A stretch of DNA of 64,000 nt from Gemmatimonadaceae bacterium (lineage in GTDB: Bacteria > Gemmatimonadota > Gemmatimonadetes > Gemmatimonadales > Gemmatimonadaceae). Below are positions 1-9,645 of this stretch, in pieces (position 1 is the first letter of the stretch; each line of letters begins with the position of its first letter). The notes beneath the pieces are model-generated. The model had not been told where the DNA came from. It ran no database searches and saw only the letters and a list, made by a program, of their open reading frames with translations. The translations under genes were made by a program, and so were the position numbers. Where the stretch lies: the NCBI GenBank assembly GCA_044224875.1, contig JBGAJQ010000002.1, forward strand, positions 1 through 64,000. Direction: 5' to 3'.

Positions 1-1098
1 ACCCTGCGCTTCAAGCAGCGTCCGGAGAGTGTGCGCGACATTGGCCGCGAGTTTGGGGTGTCGCACGTGTTGGAAGGCAGTGTGCGCCGGTCCGGCAGCC
101 GCCTCCGCATCGTGGCCCAGCTCATCGACGCCTGCAACGACGAGCATGTGTGGGCAGAGACCTTCAATCGCGAACTGACCGACGTCTTCGCCATCCAGGC
201 TGAAGTGGCGGAGCAGATCGCCGCCAGGCTCGACACGCACGTGAGTCCGAGCGAGAAGTCCCTCCTGGCGCGGAAGCCGACGGATGACATGGAGGCGTAC
301 ACGCTCTACCTCCTGGGCCGCCATCACTACAACAAGGTCACCGCGGACGACTTCGCGAAGGCGGTGGATTACTATCGACAAGCGATTGCCCGCGATCCGA
401 ACTTCGCTCGCGCCTATGCCGCGTTAGGCGAGGCGCAGATGTACCTGGGTGGCGGCTACTGGGGCATTCGCCCACGCGATGCCTTTCCCGAGGGATTCGC
501 CAATGTCTCAAAGGCCTTGTCGATCGATCCGAACAGTGCGGAGGCGATGTCGTCGCAGGGGCTCTACTACCATTGGATCGAGCACCGGTGGGATATGGCA
601 GGGGACCTGCTGCAGCGCGCGGTGTCCTTGAACGAGAGCGCGCCGCTGCTCCGGGTATACTATGCCATGCACCTGTGCGGCGTCGGCCAGTTCAAGGACG
701 CACTGGTTCAACACGACATCGCCAACCAGTTGGACCCGACGGCGATGGCGGTTCGCGGAAACACGGCGTGGATCCTCTACCTGAGTCGGCAACGCGATGC
801 GGCGATCGGTCTGGCGGTGGGCGGTGAAGCGGCAGAGGCGCGCGACATCCTGTCGTCCCTGCACGCGCGCGAGGCCACGGAATTCGTGTGGCCGATGGGC
901 ATGGGGTTCGCCTACGCGCACCTGGGCGACACGGATATGGCGCTCGACCTGCTGGAACGGGCCTACGAAGAGCGCGTGGGGTGGATGGCGCTGCTGGGAC
1001 GCGAGCCGGCGATGGATGTGTTGCGTGGCGTGCCACGCTTCGAAGCACTGCTCAAGAAGATTGGCCCGCCACCGGAGCTGCGGCACGACCCGTCGTAA
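1..1098 (+). CDS. TolB-like/TPR-repeat protein, C-terminal part (typical of kinase or adenylate-cyclase TolB-TPR fusions); 5' partial
   Basis: Frame is open from base 1. It shows the VSHVLEGSVRRSGSRLRIVAQLIDA...VFAIQAEVAEQIA TolB-like signature, TPR helices (AIARDPNFARAYAALGEA) and a typical PRFEALLKKIG ending. One TPR appears to be missing near 808. Confidence 0.8.
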   Translation, partial: TLRFKQRPESVRDIGREFGVSHVLEGSVRRSGSRLRIVAQLIDACNDEHVWAETFNRELTDVFAIQAEVAEQIAARLDTHVSPSEKSLLARKPTDDMEAYTLYLLGRHHYNKVTADDFAKAVDYYRQAIARDPNFARAYAALGEAQMYLGGGYWGIRPRDAFPEGFANVSKALSIDPNSAEAMSSQGLYYHWIEHRWDMAGDLLQRAVSLNESAPLLRVYYAMHLCGVGQFKDALVQHDIANQLDPTAMAVRGNTAWILYLSRQRDAAIGLAVGGEAAEARDILSSLHAREATEFVWPMGMGFAYAHLGDTDMALDLLERAYEERVGWMALLGREPAMDVLRGVPRFEALLKKIGPPPELRHDPS

Positions 1099-1233
1099 TT
1101 CACGCGCTACCGCGCCGGCAGAATCGTTAGGATCCGCGCGGTTGTCTCAAGCTCCCGAAGTACGAAAACCACCTTGTGATGCTCCGGCAAGTGCGATTGC
1201 GAATCCGAGGGAAAGCCAATCGGCGTGAAGTGG

Positions 1234-2439
1234 CTACTTGGGCCACCCCGCCTGTGGCAATCCCTTCGTGATGTTCAGCGCATTCTGGAAGTAGACCTTC
1301 TTCAGCACGGAGTCCGGCAGGTCAATCCCGTACAGCTTCCAGAATGCGTGGTAGCCCCGGTAGTAATCGAAATAGTCGTCCGCCGTCTCGAACACGCGCC
1401 AGTAGTACGGATACTCATCCGGCTGGAACGAATCCTTCCCGAACAGGATGCGGTCCTGGTACTTGATGAAGAAATCGCGGGCGCCGCGCGGCTGCCGGCC
1501 AATGTCATACAGCACAGCGCCCACCTCGGTGAACACGTTAGGTAATTCACTCAACAGCTTGCCCAGCTTGCCGAGGTCGTTGGCTTCCCAGCCCATGTGC
1601 GCCGTCACAAACGTCGTCTTGGGATGCTTCCGAAAGAGGTTGTCGCGCTCCTGTGCCAGCGTCTCGAAGCTGGGATAGCGGTCCTGCGGATAGCGGCGGT
1701 CACCGAACAATGCCAGCTCCAACCATCGCTCGTTGCTGCTGTCGATCGGCCTGAAGAACTCCTGCGGGTCGGCGGTGTGGATGAAGACCGGAATGCCCAA
1801 CCGCGCGCAGGCGTCCCACACGGGGTCGAGGTCCGCGTCGTCGATCTTCAACCGCGACCCGTCCGACTTGCGAATCGAAAGACCGAGGCTCTTGGAGATC
1901 TCGCCCACGCCGACCGCTCCGGCAGCCACATCGGCCTCGAGTTGCGCGACGGCCTTTTCTGCCCATCCCGGGCCCACATCCCGGAAGTTGACCCCCGCCA
2001 GGATGCGCACGCGGTCCTTCATCGGTGACGCACGCACCAGCGACAGCGCCTGACGAAGCCGATCACCGGACATGTTGTCGGCGGACACCATCATCCGAAC
2101 GTTCAAGCTGTCGAGGGCCGCCCCCAACGTCGCCAAACCTTCCGCCGAACCGAGGAGCGACTGCGGGTGTCCGTGGAAGTCGATCGCCGGATACTTCGCC
2201 CGCCGCACCATGTGTGTCGGAGCCACGAGCGTGGACCGCGGCCGATAATCAAGGATGCTCGGCGCAGGAAATTCCGGAGCCATACAGCGATGCGGACGGA
2301 CTTCCGTGGTGCCGGGTGGACACGACTCACCGGGCTGGATGACGTCACCGCGTCCTCGACCGGGACCCTGTTGGGCCGCGGCCCCGTGGGAAAGAACGAG
2401 AACGGCGCTCAGGCCGGCGAGAAAACTCGATGCACGCAC
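1234..2439 (-). CDS. Secreted amidohydrolase family protein (Amidohydro_2-like)
   Basis: IDFHGH metal motif, PVFIHTADP, AHMG and RILFGKD motifs, and a signal peptide. Start set at GTG 2439 behind CAGGAG. Confidence 0.85.
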   Translation of the reverse strand: MRASSFLAGLSAVLVLSHGAAAQQGPGRGRGDVIQPGESCPPGTTEVRPHRCMAPEFPAPSILDYRPRSTLVAPTHMVRRAKYPAIDFHGHPQSLLGSAEGLATLGAALDSLNVRMMVSADNMSGDRLRQALSLVRASPMKDRVRILAGVNFRDVGPGWAEKAVAQLEADVAAGAVGVGEISKSLGLSIRKSDGSRLKIDDADLDPVWDACARLGIPVFIHTADPQEFFRPIDSSNERWLELALFGDRRYPQDRYPSFETLAQERDNLFRKHPKTTFVTAHMGWEANDLGKLGKLLSELPNVFTEVGAVLYDIGRQPRGARDFFIKYQDRILFGKDSFQPDEYPYYWRVFETADDYFDYYRGYHAFWKLYGIDLPDSVLKKVYFQNALNITKGLPQAGWPK

Positions 2440-2634
2440 AATGGCTCCTGACAGGACGCGATTTCGCAATCTGATGATGGCGCAGCGTCCGGGGAACCCC
2501 GACGACTTCATGCCCAGCGCCCACAGAGGCTCAGCGACCTTTCCGCTTGCCAGTCATGCCTCGTACCTTTGCTTCCAGCACGCACCGAACTCGTTCGCGT
2601 CATCACTGTCCGTCATTCCATCCCCGACACACGT

Positions 2635-4263
2635 ATGCGCGCCCATCGACTCGTCGTCCCACTCACCCTGCTCCTGGCGTCAACGACTCGAGCCCAGATG
2701 GCGGGAGGCAATATCCAGCCGCTCGCTCCGGCCCAAGTGGTGACAAAGAAGTTCGGAGACCTGGCCGCTGGCCCCTACAAGCGACTGGTCATCCGCAACG
2801 CGATGGTGATCCCGGGTCACGGTGGCCCGCCGACGGGTCCGTACGACATCGTCATCGAAGGGAACATGATCACGCAGATGATCCCCTTCGATCCCGTGAC
2901 CGCCGAGCGACGTGGCAATACGGATCGTCCCACTGGTGATCGCGTCATCGATGCCACGGGGAAGTACGTGATGCCGGGAATGATCGACCTGCACACGCAC
3001 ATCCGCACCGCACCGCAGGAGAACGAGTATGTCTACTACCTGAAGCTCGCCCATGGCGTCACCACCATGGTGAATGCCGCCGATCGCGGCTTTGACTCGG
3101 CCATGACGAACGCCGCCAAGAGCGCGAAGAACGAGATCTTGGCGCCGCGCATGTTCCCGTTGGTGAGTTATGGCGACGGTACCAAGTTCTCGCGAGCCGA
3201 CCGCGATGACCCGGCCAAGGCGCCCGAGATCGTGAAGGCGATGGCCGCCAATGGGAACCGCGTCATTTCCATGGATCCGTTAGGCTGGTCGTTGGAGCTG
3301 GTGACGGCGATCGCCCACGCCGCCAAGGCGAACGGCATGATCACCTCGTTCCACCTGCAGCCGTCGAACACGGCGGTGACGCAAGCCGTGCGCGCGGCAT
3401 GTGCGGGCATCACCATGATCGAGCACCATTACGGGTATGCGGAGAGCGCGCTCGACAACCAGTCGCAGGACTTTGTGCGCACCTACAACTATGGAAACGA
3501 GAACGATCGCTTTCGCGAGGCCGGCCGGGTGTGGACATATACCAACCGCGAACGGCTCCTCGGCGAGGTGGTGGACTCCATGCTCAAGTGCGGCGTGACG
3601 TTGCTGCCAACGCGGGTGGTGTACGAGGCCAATCGCGACGTGGCGCGCGCGACGTCGCTGCCGTGGCACGAGAAGTACACGCACGCATCCCTATGGGGAT
3701 GGAATCTGCCAAACCCGGCGTTCCATGGCGCTTTCCACTACGATTGGACGAGCGACGACGAGTACTACTGGAGTTACGCCTTCCGGCTCTGGGGCGACAT
3801 GATCGCCGAGTACAACAAGCGCGGCGGGAAGGTGGCGTATGGCACGGATGACAACTACATCTGGGCCACACCGGGCTTCAGCAGCATCCGTGAGCTGCAA
3901 CTGCTCCGTGAGACCGGGATGCATAACCTGGAGACGATTAAGGCGGCTACGGTCACCAGCGCGGCGACACTCGGCGAACCAAAGTTGGGACTGGTGCGTC
4001 CCGGCTACCTGGCGGACCTGGCCATCGTGGACAACAACCCAGCCTACAACCTCAAGTTCCTCTACTCGTACGGGGATCTCACGCTGGACAAGGATGGGAA
4101 GATGTACCGCACGCAGGGCATCGTGCATACCATCAAGGACGGCGTGGTGACGGAGAACGTCCGGTTGATGGAGGAAGTCGCGAAGATGGTGGCCAAGTCA
4201 CGCAAGAACATGGGTCCCGACATCATGACCTCGCCGTTCCAGACGCAGAAGGTGGTGCCGTAG
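2635..4263 (+). CDS. Secreted amidohydrolase family protein
   Basis: VIDATGKYVMPGMIDLHTH, YGTD and GLVRPGYLADLAIVD motifs; signal peptide from ATG 2635. Confidence 0.85.
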   Translation: MRAHRLVVPLTLLLASTTRAQMAGGNIQPLAPAQVVTKKFGDLAAGPYKRLVIRNAMVIPGHGGPPTGPYDIVIEGNMITQMIPFDPVTAERRGNTDRPTGDRVIDATGKYVMPGMIDLHTHIRTAPQENEYVYYLKLAHGVTTMVNAADRGFDSAMTNAAKSAKNEILAPRMFPLVSYGDGTKFSRADRDDPAKAPEIVKAMAANGNRVISMDPLGWSLELVTAIAHAAKANGMITSFHLQPSNTAVTQAVRAACAGITMIEHHYGYAESALDNQSQDFVRTYNYGNENDRFREAGRVWTYTNRERLLGEVVDSMLKCGVTLLPTRVVYEANRDVARATSLPWHEKYTHASLWGWNLPNPAFHGAFHYDWTSDDEYYWSYAFRLWGDMIAEYNKRGGKVAYGTDDNYIWATPGFSSIRELQLLRETGMHNLETIKAATVTSAATLGEPKLGLVRPGYLADLAIVDNNPAYNLKFLYSYGDLTLDKDGKMYRTQGIVHTIKDGVVTENVRLMEEVAKMVAKSRKNMGPDIMTSPFQTQKVVP

Positions 4264-4716
4264 ATGGAGGGCCGCTTTCTTGGCCGGAGCTTGCTGGCCG
4301 TGCTGTCTGGATACTTCGCCACCACCATCGTGATTGTGGCGCTGACAGTGCTGGCCGCACGGCTGCTGATTCCGTTGGAGCTGCTGAAGCAGAATCCGCC
4401 GGGATACACCCAACAGTACCTGGTCGCGAACTTCATCTACTCCTTCTTGGCGGCGGCGCTCGGTGGTTGGATCACGGCACGGTTGGCGCCGCAACACCCG
4501 CTGGCCCACGCGGGCGCGCTGATGGCCGTGATGTTGGTAGTGGCCGCGACGGAGATGGCGTCACGCGCACGCGGCGGCGTGACGTCGGCGCAGCCGAGTT
4601 GGTATGGCTGGTCGATCGTGTGTGTGGGCGCCGTGGGTGCGCTGACCGGCGGGTGGTTGCTCACCCGCCAGATGGCGAAGGGGAAGCCCAATATGGCCGG
4701 CGCGCCACCGGCTTGA
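4264..4716 (+). CDS. Hypothetical integral membrane protein (about 4 TM helices)
   Basis: Four hydrophobic segments; starts immediately after the amidohydrolase stop codon. Confidence 0.7.
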   Translation: MEGRFLGRSLLAVLSGYFATTIVIVALTVLAARLLIPLELLKQNPPGYTQQYLVANFIYSFLAAALGGWITARLAPQHPLAHAGALMAVMLVVAATEMASRARGGVTSAQPSWYGWSIVCVGAVGALTGGWLLTRQMAKGKPNMAGAPPA

Positions 4717-4739
4717 ACGGGGAGGCGCGCCGTCGGCGT

Positions 4740-6125
4740 TCAGCGACGACGCCAGAGCACGTCCAGTGCCTTTTCGATGGCCGGATCACGCCCTGCCGCA
4801 ACGTCGGCTTGTGCATAGACCGGCACGGCGATGTCTGGTGGAATCCCCGCACCGTCGAAGGTCTTCCCGTTCGCGGCCCGGAAGACCTCGTTGGGTAGTC
4901 CAAAGCGCCACCCGTTAGGCATGCTGCGGCCCAGGACGTCGGAGAACACGCCTTGCGTGTTCTCGCCGATGCGAGTGACGTGTGGCGAGCGGCCCATCAA
5001 GGCTTGCGTGAACGTCTCACCGGCGCTGATGGTGAGCCCGGCAATCAGCTCCACCACCGGGCCATGGAAGCCCGGGCGCGTGCTGGGTTTGACCATGCTG
5101 CGATCGCCAGGCGTCCACTTGTTCCGGTCAACAGGGTCGGCCCGCGCCTCCTTGCTGTACGCGAGGTACTCGGAAGTTGCGAGCCGCGATGCGATGGCAA
5201 GGCCGTAAGGGTCCGCGCCACCGAAGTTGATGCGAACGTCAATCACCAGGCCCTTGAGCCGCGGATCGGTGAAGATCGTGTCGAGTGCGGCATCCAGGGC
5301 GGTGAGTCCGGCGGCAAAACCTCCCTTTGCGTATCCACTGAAGGAAGTGATGCGGAGGAACCCGGTGGAATCATTCAGGTGGCTGTATTGCACCTGATCG
5401 TTGCACCACGACCGGATGGGGCCGGAGAGGTAGTGCTGGTTGACCATGCCTAACAATTTCGGCACCCCTTCCTTGCGGAAGGTGGCGGACCCACCGGTGG
5501 AGTTGATGATGCGATCCGTCCCCTCGCGCAGCGCGCGAAACCCGCGCTTGAGCGAAGGAGCGCTGATGGAGGTGTGCGCGTCATTGAACGGCTTGATCAT
5601 TCCTTCGATGACGTCGAACAGCGTTGTGGCGGAGGTGGTGTCCGAGATGCGCTTGCGATTCTCGGCGACCAGGGCATCCCAGTCGACGTGCTTGTCATCG
5701 AACAGGATGTAGTGCTCGGCCCAGGTGCGGGTGAAGACTTCGTAGTTGTTACTCGGTGTGTCCGCGGTGGGTGGGGAACACCGTGCCGGCACGCGATCGA
5801 TCCGGTCGATGAGCATGTCGGACGCCGCGCCGTCGCCATGCAGGCGCCGATGGTCGGCGCTTCCGCCAGCTCGTACGAAGAAGACGTCGCCGTCCTTGGT
5901 ACTGAAGGTCGCCTCGCGCCCGGGGATGGCGGCGGACGTGTCCTGTGTTGCCTCAAATGAAGGAAGGCAGGTTGTGGATGTGACTTCCCAGGCAGTCAGC
6001 GCGCCGTCCTTCACTTGAAAGACAAAGCCGTACCCTTGGGTCTTCCAAACGCCGTCCAGGGATTGCGCACTCAGGGGTGCGGCGGCGACCAGACAGGCGA
6101 TTGGTACGATGCGATGAGACCACAT
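4740..6125 (-). CDS. S41 family peptidase (secreted)
   Basis: LVIDVRINFGG, TISAGETF, IGENTQGVFSD and GIPPD motifs; signal peptide. Confidence 0.9.
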   Translation of the reverse strand: MWSHRIVPIACLVAAAPLSAQSLDGVWKTQGYGFVFQVKDGALTAWEVTSTTCLPSFEATQDTSAAIPGREATFSTKDGDVFFVRAGGSADHRRLHGDGAASDMLIDRIDRVPARCSPPTADTPSNNYEVFTRTWAEHYILFDDKHVDWDALVAENRKRISDTTSATTLFDVIEGMIKPFNDAHTSISAPSLKRGFRALREGTDRIINSTGGSATFRKEGVPKLLGMVNQHYLSGPIRSWCNDQVQYSHLNDSTGFLRITSFSGYAKGGFAAGLTALDAALDTIFTDPRLKGLVIDVRINFGGADPYGLAIASRLATSEYLAYSKEARADPVDRNKWTPGDRSMVKPSTRPGFHGPVVELIAGLTISAGETFTQALMGRSPHVTRIGENTQGVFSDVLGRSMPNGWRFGLPNEVFRAANGKTFDGAGIPPDIAVPVYAQADVAAGRDPAIEKALDVLWRRR

Positions 6126-6380
6126 GGCGGTTCGGGCTAAAGAGACGGGAACAAGACTAGTGAGCGGGGGGCGCGACTACTCAACGTGTGCGGATCTGGC
6201 GGGTTTCAACGCGGCGGGAACACCTACTGCCTGTGAACACAAGAATGCCGGCCGGTGGGGCGGGCCGCATCGAGAGTGGTACAGCCCGTTCCGTCCAAGC
6301 GGCCCTCGTCAGGGGCCAGCGGAACGAGCAGAATAGAGCGTCCTTGAAAGTCGACGCATTCCCGATCGCCGGATTTCACG

Positions 6381-6797
6381 ATGAATCTCGCTCGCGTCAT
6401 GTTCGCTCCACTGACACTCCTGGTTGGAGCCGCTGCCTGGCACTCGTCGCCGTCGCAGCAGGCGCCACAGCGTTCGCGCATGGTGTTCGACACACCGCTC
6501 CCTGAGATGGATGGAAAGCACCTGACGTTCAAGGTGGTGGAGGTGCGGTATGGGCCCGGCGACTCGTCCACGCCGCACAAGCACGGCTGTGCTGTGGTGG
6601 TGTACGTCATCGATGGGGCAGTGCGGATGTCCGTGCGCGGCGGTCCCGATTCGGTGTATCGCCGCGGGGAGACGTTTCATGAACGCCCGACGGACATCCA
6701 TCAGGTGAGTGCGAATGCCAGCGCCACGGATTCGGCGCACTTCACGGCGACGTTCGTCTGCGATCACACCGGCCCACTTTCCACCCCCGTTCCGTGA
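6381..6797 (+). CDS. Cupin domain protein (secreted)
   Basis: HKH...YVIDG...GETFHE...IH cupin motifs; signal peptide. Confidence 0.85.
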   Translation: MNLARVMFAPLTLLVGAAAWHSSPSQQAPQRSRMVFDTPLPEMDGKHLTFKVVEVRYGPGDSSTPHKHGCAVVVYVIDGAVRMSVRGGPDSVYRRGETFHERPTDIHQVSANASATDSAHFTATFVCDHTGPLSTPVP

Positions 6798-6841
6798 GAT
6801 CGTCGCCGTCCGTCTCGGAGAAGTGAGCGGCTATCGCACGC

Positions 6842-8200
6842 ATGGGATCACCCGTCAGCTCATCCAAACCGACTGAGTCACCAGGCGGCCTCGTTCGCAG
6901 CCTAGGGCTCATTCAGGCGATTGCGCTCAACATGAGCAACATCGTCGGCGTCGGCCCGTTCATCACCATTCCGCTGATCATCGCGGCAATGGGCGGACCA
7001 CAGTGCATGCTCGGTTGGGTGCTCGGCGCCATTCTCGCGCTCTCCGATGGGCTGGTGTGGAGTGAGCTGTCGGCGGCCATGCCCGAAACCGGTGGCACAT
7101 ACGTCTACCTCCGCACGGCATTCCGGGGCACGAGGTTGGGTGGCGTGCTGCCCTTCCTCTTCATTTGGCAGTTCGTGCTAAGCGGTCCGCTGGAGATTGC
7201 CTCCGGCTACATAGGATTTGCCCAGTACGCGGGATACTTGTGGCCACAGATGGGAACCCTTGGCTCGCGACTGACGGTTGTCGCTGTCGGGTTGCTTGTC
7301 ATGGCGCTCTTGTATCGGCGTATCGGAGCCATCGGGAAGCTGACGGTCGTACTCTGGTTAGGCATGCTGGTGACCGTGGTGATCGTCATTGTCAGCGGTC
7401 TCGCGCACTTCGACTCGGCCGTCGTCTTCGATTTTCCGCCAGGTGCCTTCAACTTCTCACTCGGCTTTGCGGCCGGGCTTGGGTCGGCCATGCTGATCGC
7501 CATGTACGACTTCATGGGCTACTACGACATCTGCTATGTCGCCGGCGAAGTCCGGAATCCGGCGCGCGTTATTCCCCGCTCGATCATCTGGTCGGTGATC
7601 ACGGTCGCGTCCTTGTACGCCCTGATGAACCTCAGCCTCATCGCCGTGGTGCCATGGCGTGAGGCGATGCACTCCAAGTTCATCGTCTCAGACTTCATCG
7701 AGAAGTTGTATGGACCGCGCGCAGCCTCCGCGGTGACCATCCTCGTCTTGTGGACAGCGCTCGCCTCGGTCTTTGCGCTGCTGCTGGGCTACAGTCGCAT
7801 TGCGTGGGCCGCAGCCTCGCAGGGCGACTTCTTCAGCATCTTTGCCCGATTACACCCGACCGGTCAATTCCCGCACGTCGCGGTGCTGGTGATGGGCTCA
7901 CTCTCCATCCTGCTCGGCTTCTTCTCGCTCGGCGATGTCATCTCGGCGCTGCTGACATCCCGTATCCTCATCCAGTTCATGGGGCAGATTGCGGCGTTGC
8001 ACGTGCTCAGGAAACGCCCGGGATTCGTCATGCCGTTTCGGATGTGGTTCTATCCAGCGCCCTCGATCATCGCCTTGGTCGGATGGTCCTACGTCTTCCT
8101 CACCTCCGGGTGGGGGTTCATTGGATTCGGCCTGGCGACTGTTGCAGCTGGTATTGGCGCCTATGTGCTGCGGCAGCGTCACCTGGTTGCCGCGGGGTGA
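6842..8200 (+). CDS. APC family amino acid permease
   Basis: IVGVGPF, ELSAAMPETGGTYVYL and AGEVRNP motifs; about 12 TM helices. Confidence 0.9.
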   Translation: MGSPVSSSKPTESPGGLVRSLGLIQAIALNMSNIVGVGPFITIPLIIAAMGGPQCMLGWVLGAILALSDGLVWSELSAAMPETGGTYVYLRTAFRGTRLGGVLPFLFIWQFVLSGPLEIASGYIGFAQYAGYLWPQMGTLGSRLTVVAVGLLVMALLYRRIGAIGKLTVVLWLGMLVTVVIVIVSGLAHFDSAVVFDFPPGAFNFSLGFAAGLGSAMLIAMYDFMGYYDICYVAGEVRNPARVIPRSIIWSVITVASLYALMNLSLIAVVPWREAMHSKFIVSDFIEKLYGPRAASAVTILVLWTALASVFALLLGYSRIAWAAASQGDFFSIFARLHPTGQFPHVAVLVMGSLSILLGFFSLGDVISALLTSRILIQFMGQIAALHVLRKRPGFVMPFRMWFYPAPSIIALVGWSYVFLTSGWGFIGFGLATVAAGIGAYVLRQRHLVAAG

Positions 8201-8203
8201 CGC

Positions 8204-8659
8204 TCACGTCGGCTTTACCGCATACCGGTACACGTTGGTGTCGCGTCTTTCGAAACCGACGCGCTGGTAGAGACGGTTGGCCGACTGGCGTGACGGGCGC
8301 GAGGTGAGATCGACCGCGTCCACTCCGTCGGCTGCCGCCAGTCGCAACGCCTCACGGGTGAGCGCTTCCCCAACTCCGGCGCCGCGCGTTTCTTCCTCCA
8401 CGACGACGTCCTCGATCCACGCGTGGGCACCGGTTGGGATGCGGAAGACGATCAGAGTCAGTGTGCCAATGATGCGCCCGCCCCCGTTGCCATCTCGCGC
8501 CACCAGCAGGCGGGCGCAATTCTGCTGGAGGATCGCCGACATGTCTTCCGCGGTCGGTACGCTTGCGGTGGCCGAAAGCAGCGGAATGAGTCGGGCCATT
8601 GCGTCCATCAGCGACGCGTCGACCGACTCCACGACATCGACTGCTATCGAATTGCTCAT
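8204..8659 (-). CDS. GNAT family N-acetyltransferase
   Basis: IEDVVV...RGAGVG acetyl-CoA motif and LTSRPSR...ANRLYQRVGF; ATG 8659 behind GGAG. Confidence 0.9.
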   Translation of the reverse strand: MSNSIAVDVVESVDASLMDAMARLIPLLSATASVPTAEDMSAILQQNCARLLVARDGNGGGRIIGTLTLIVFRIPTGAHAWIEDVVVEEETRGAGVGEALTREALRLAAADGVDAVDLTSRPSRQSANRLYQRVGFERRDTNVYRYAVKPT

Positions 8660-8764
8660 GCGGTCTCCATCGACAATTGCCATCGTCACCGACTGTCCTA
8701 GCTTATGGAGCAGATGCTGGCGGACTCCAGCCCCAAGATCCCCAATCGCGCGAGATACTTTCGG

Positions 8765-9148
8765 ATGCCTACGATCGCGTCAATAGACGCATACATCGCC
8801 GCACAACCAACCGGCGCGCAAGCTGCGCTCCGGCGTGTTCACGCGGCTATTCGGAAAGCGATTCCGAAGGCTGAAGAACACATCACCTACCAGATGCCGA
8901 CCTACAAGTTGAACGGGAAAGCGGTCATCTACTTTGCCGGATGGAAGGCACACTATTCGCTTTATCCGGTCACGAAAGGGGTCGCCGAGAAGTTTGCGAA
9001 GGAGCTCGCAACGCTCGATGTGGAGAAGGGAACGATTCGCCTTTCTTACGACCAAGCGGTGCCTGAGCGGCTGATTGCTGGGATCGCACGACTCCGGGCA
9101 CAGGAGGCAGTCCTGAAGCCTGCCCCAAAGCGCAAGCCCAAGCGATGA
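8765..9148 (+). CDS. DUF1801/YdhG-like protein
   Basis: IDAYIA...AIPKAEEHITYQMPTY...FAGWKAHYSLYP...KGTIR pattern. Confidence 0.85.
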   Translation: MPTIASIDAYIAAQPTGAQAALRRVHAAIRKAIPKAEEHITYQMPTYKLNGKAVIYFAGWKAHYSLYPVTKGVAEKFAKELATLDVEKGTIRLSYDQAVPERLIAGIARLRAQEAVLKPAPKRKPKR

Positions 9149-9639
9149 CCGACGCCGTGCCTAACACGTTCATCATGCGGCCGATCGGCTTTGTTCAAAG
9201 CCCGTTCTCCGAAACGTCCCAGATTCCCAAGGGGCCCGGTGCCCAGCACAGTGCCGAAGGCTGGATTGAGGTGCTCCCGGAGTTCGCGTCGGGGCTCGTG
9301 GATATCGAGGGGTTCTCGCACCTCTATGTAATTTGGGCTTTCGACCGGTCGTCCGGCTTTGACCTGCTCTCCATGCCGCCAACGGACGACCGTCCACATG
9401 GCGTCTTTGCCACGCGTTCGCCGCGTCGTCCTAATCCCATTGCGCTCACGGTAGTGCGCCTGCTCCGTCGCGAGGAGCGAAGGTTGCTGGTGCGCGGCGT
9501 TGACATGTTGAATGGCACGCCGGTCCTCGACATCAAGCCGTACCTGACCAGCGTGCCCTCCGACGAAATCGGTCGCGGGTGGCTGGCTGACGCCGAAGCG
9601 AGAGGCCGCGCGCAAGGGCTACCACCGTCCAAGACCTAA
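9145..9639 (+). CDS. trmO: tRNA (N6-threonylcarbamoyladenosine(37)-N6)-methyltransferase TrmO/TsaA family
   Basis: PIGFVQSPF, GFSHLYVIW, GVFATRSPRRPNPIALT and GTPVLDIKPY motifs; ATGA overlap with the upstream gene. Confidence 0.9.
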   Translation: MTDAVPNTFIMRPIGFVQSPFSETSQIPKGPGAQHSAEGWIEVLPEFASGLVDIEGFSHLYVIWAFDRSSGFDLLSMPPTDDRPHGVFATRSPRRPNPIALTVVRLLRREERRLLVRGVDMLNGTPVLDIKPYLTSVPSDEIGRGWLADAEARGRAQGLPPSKT

Positions 9640-9645
9640 CGAGAC

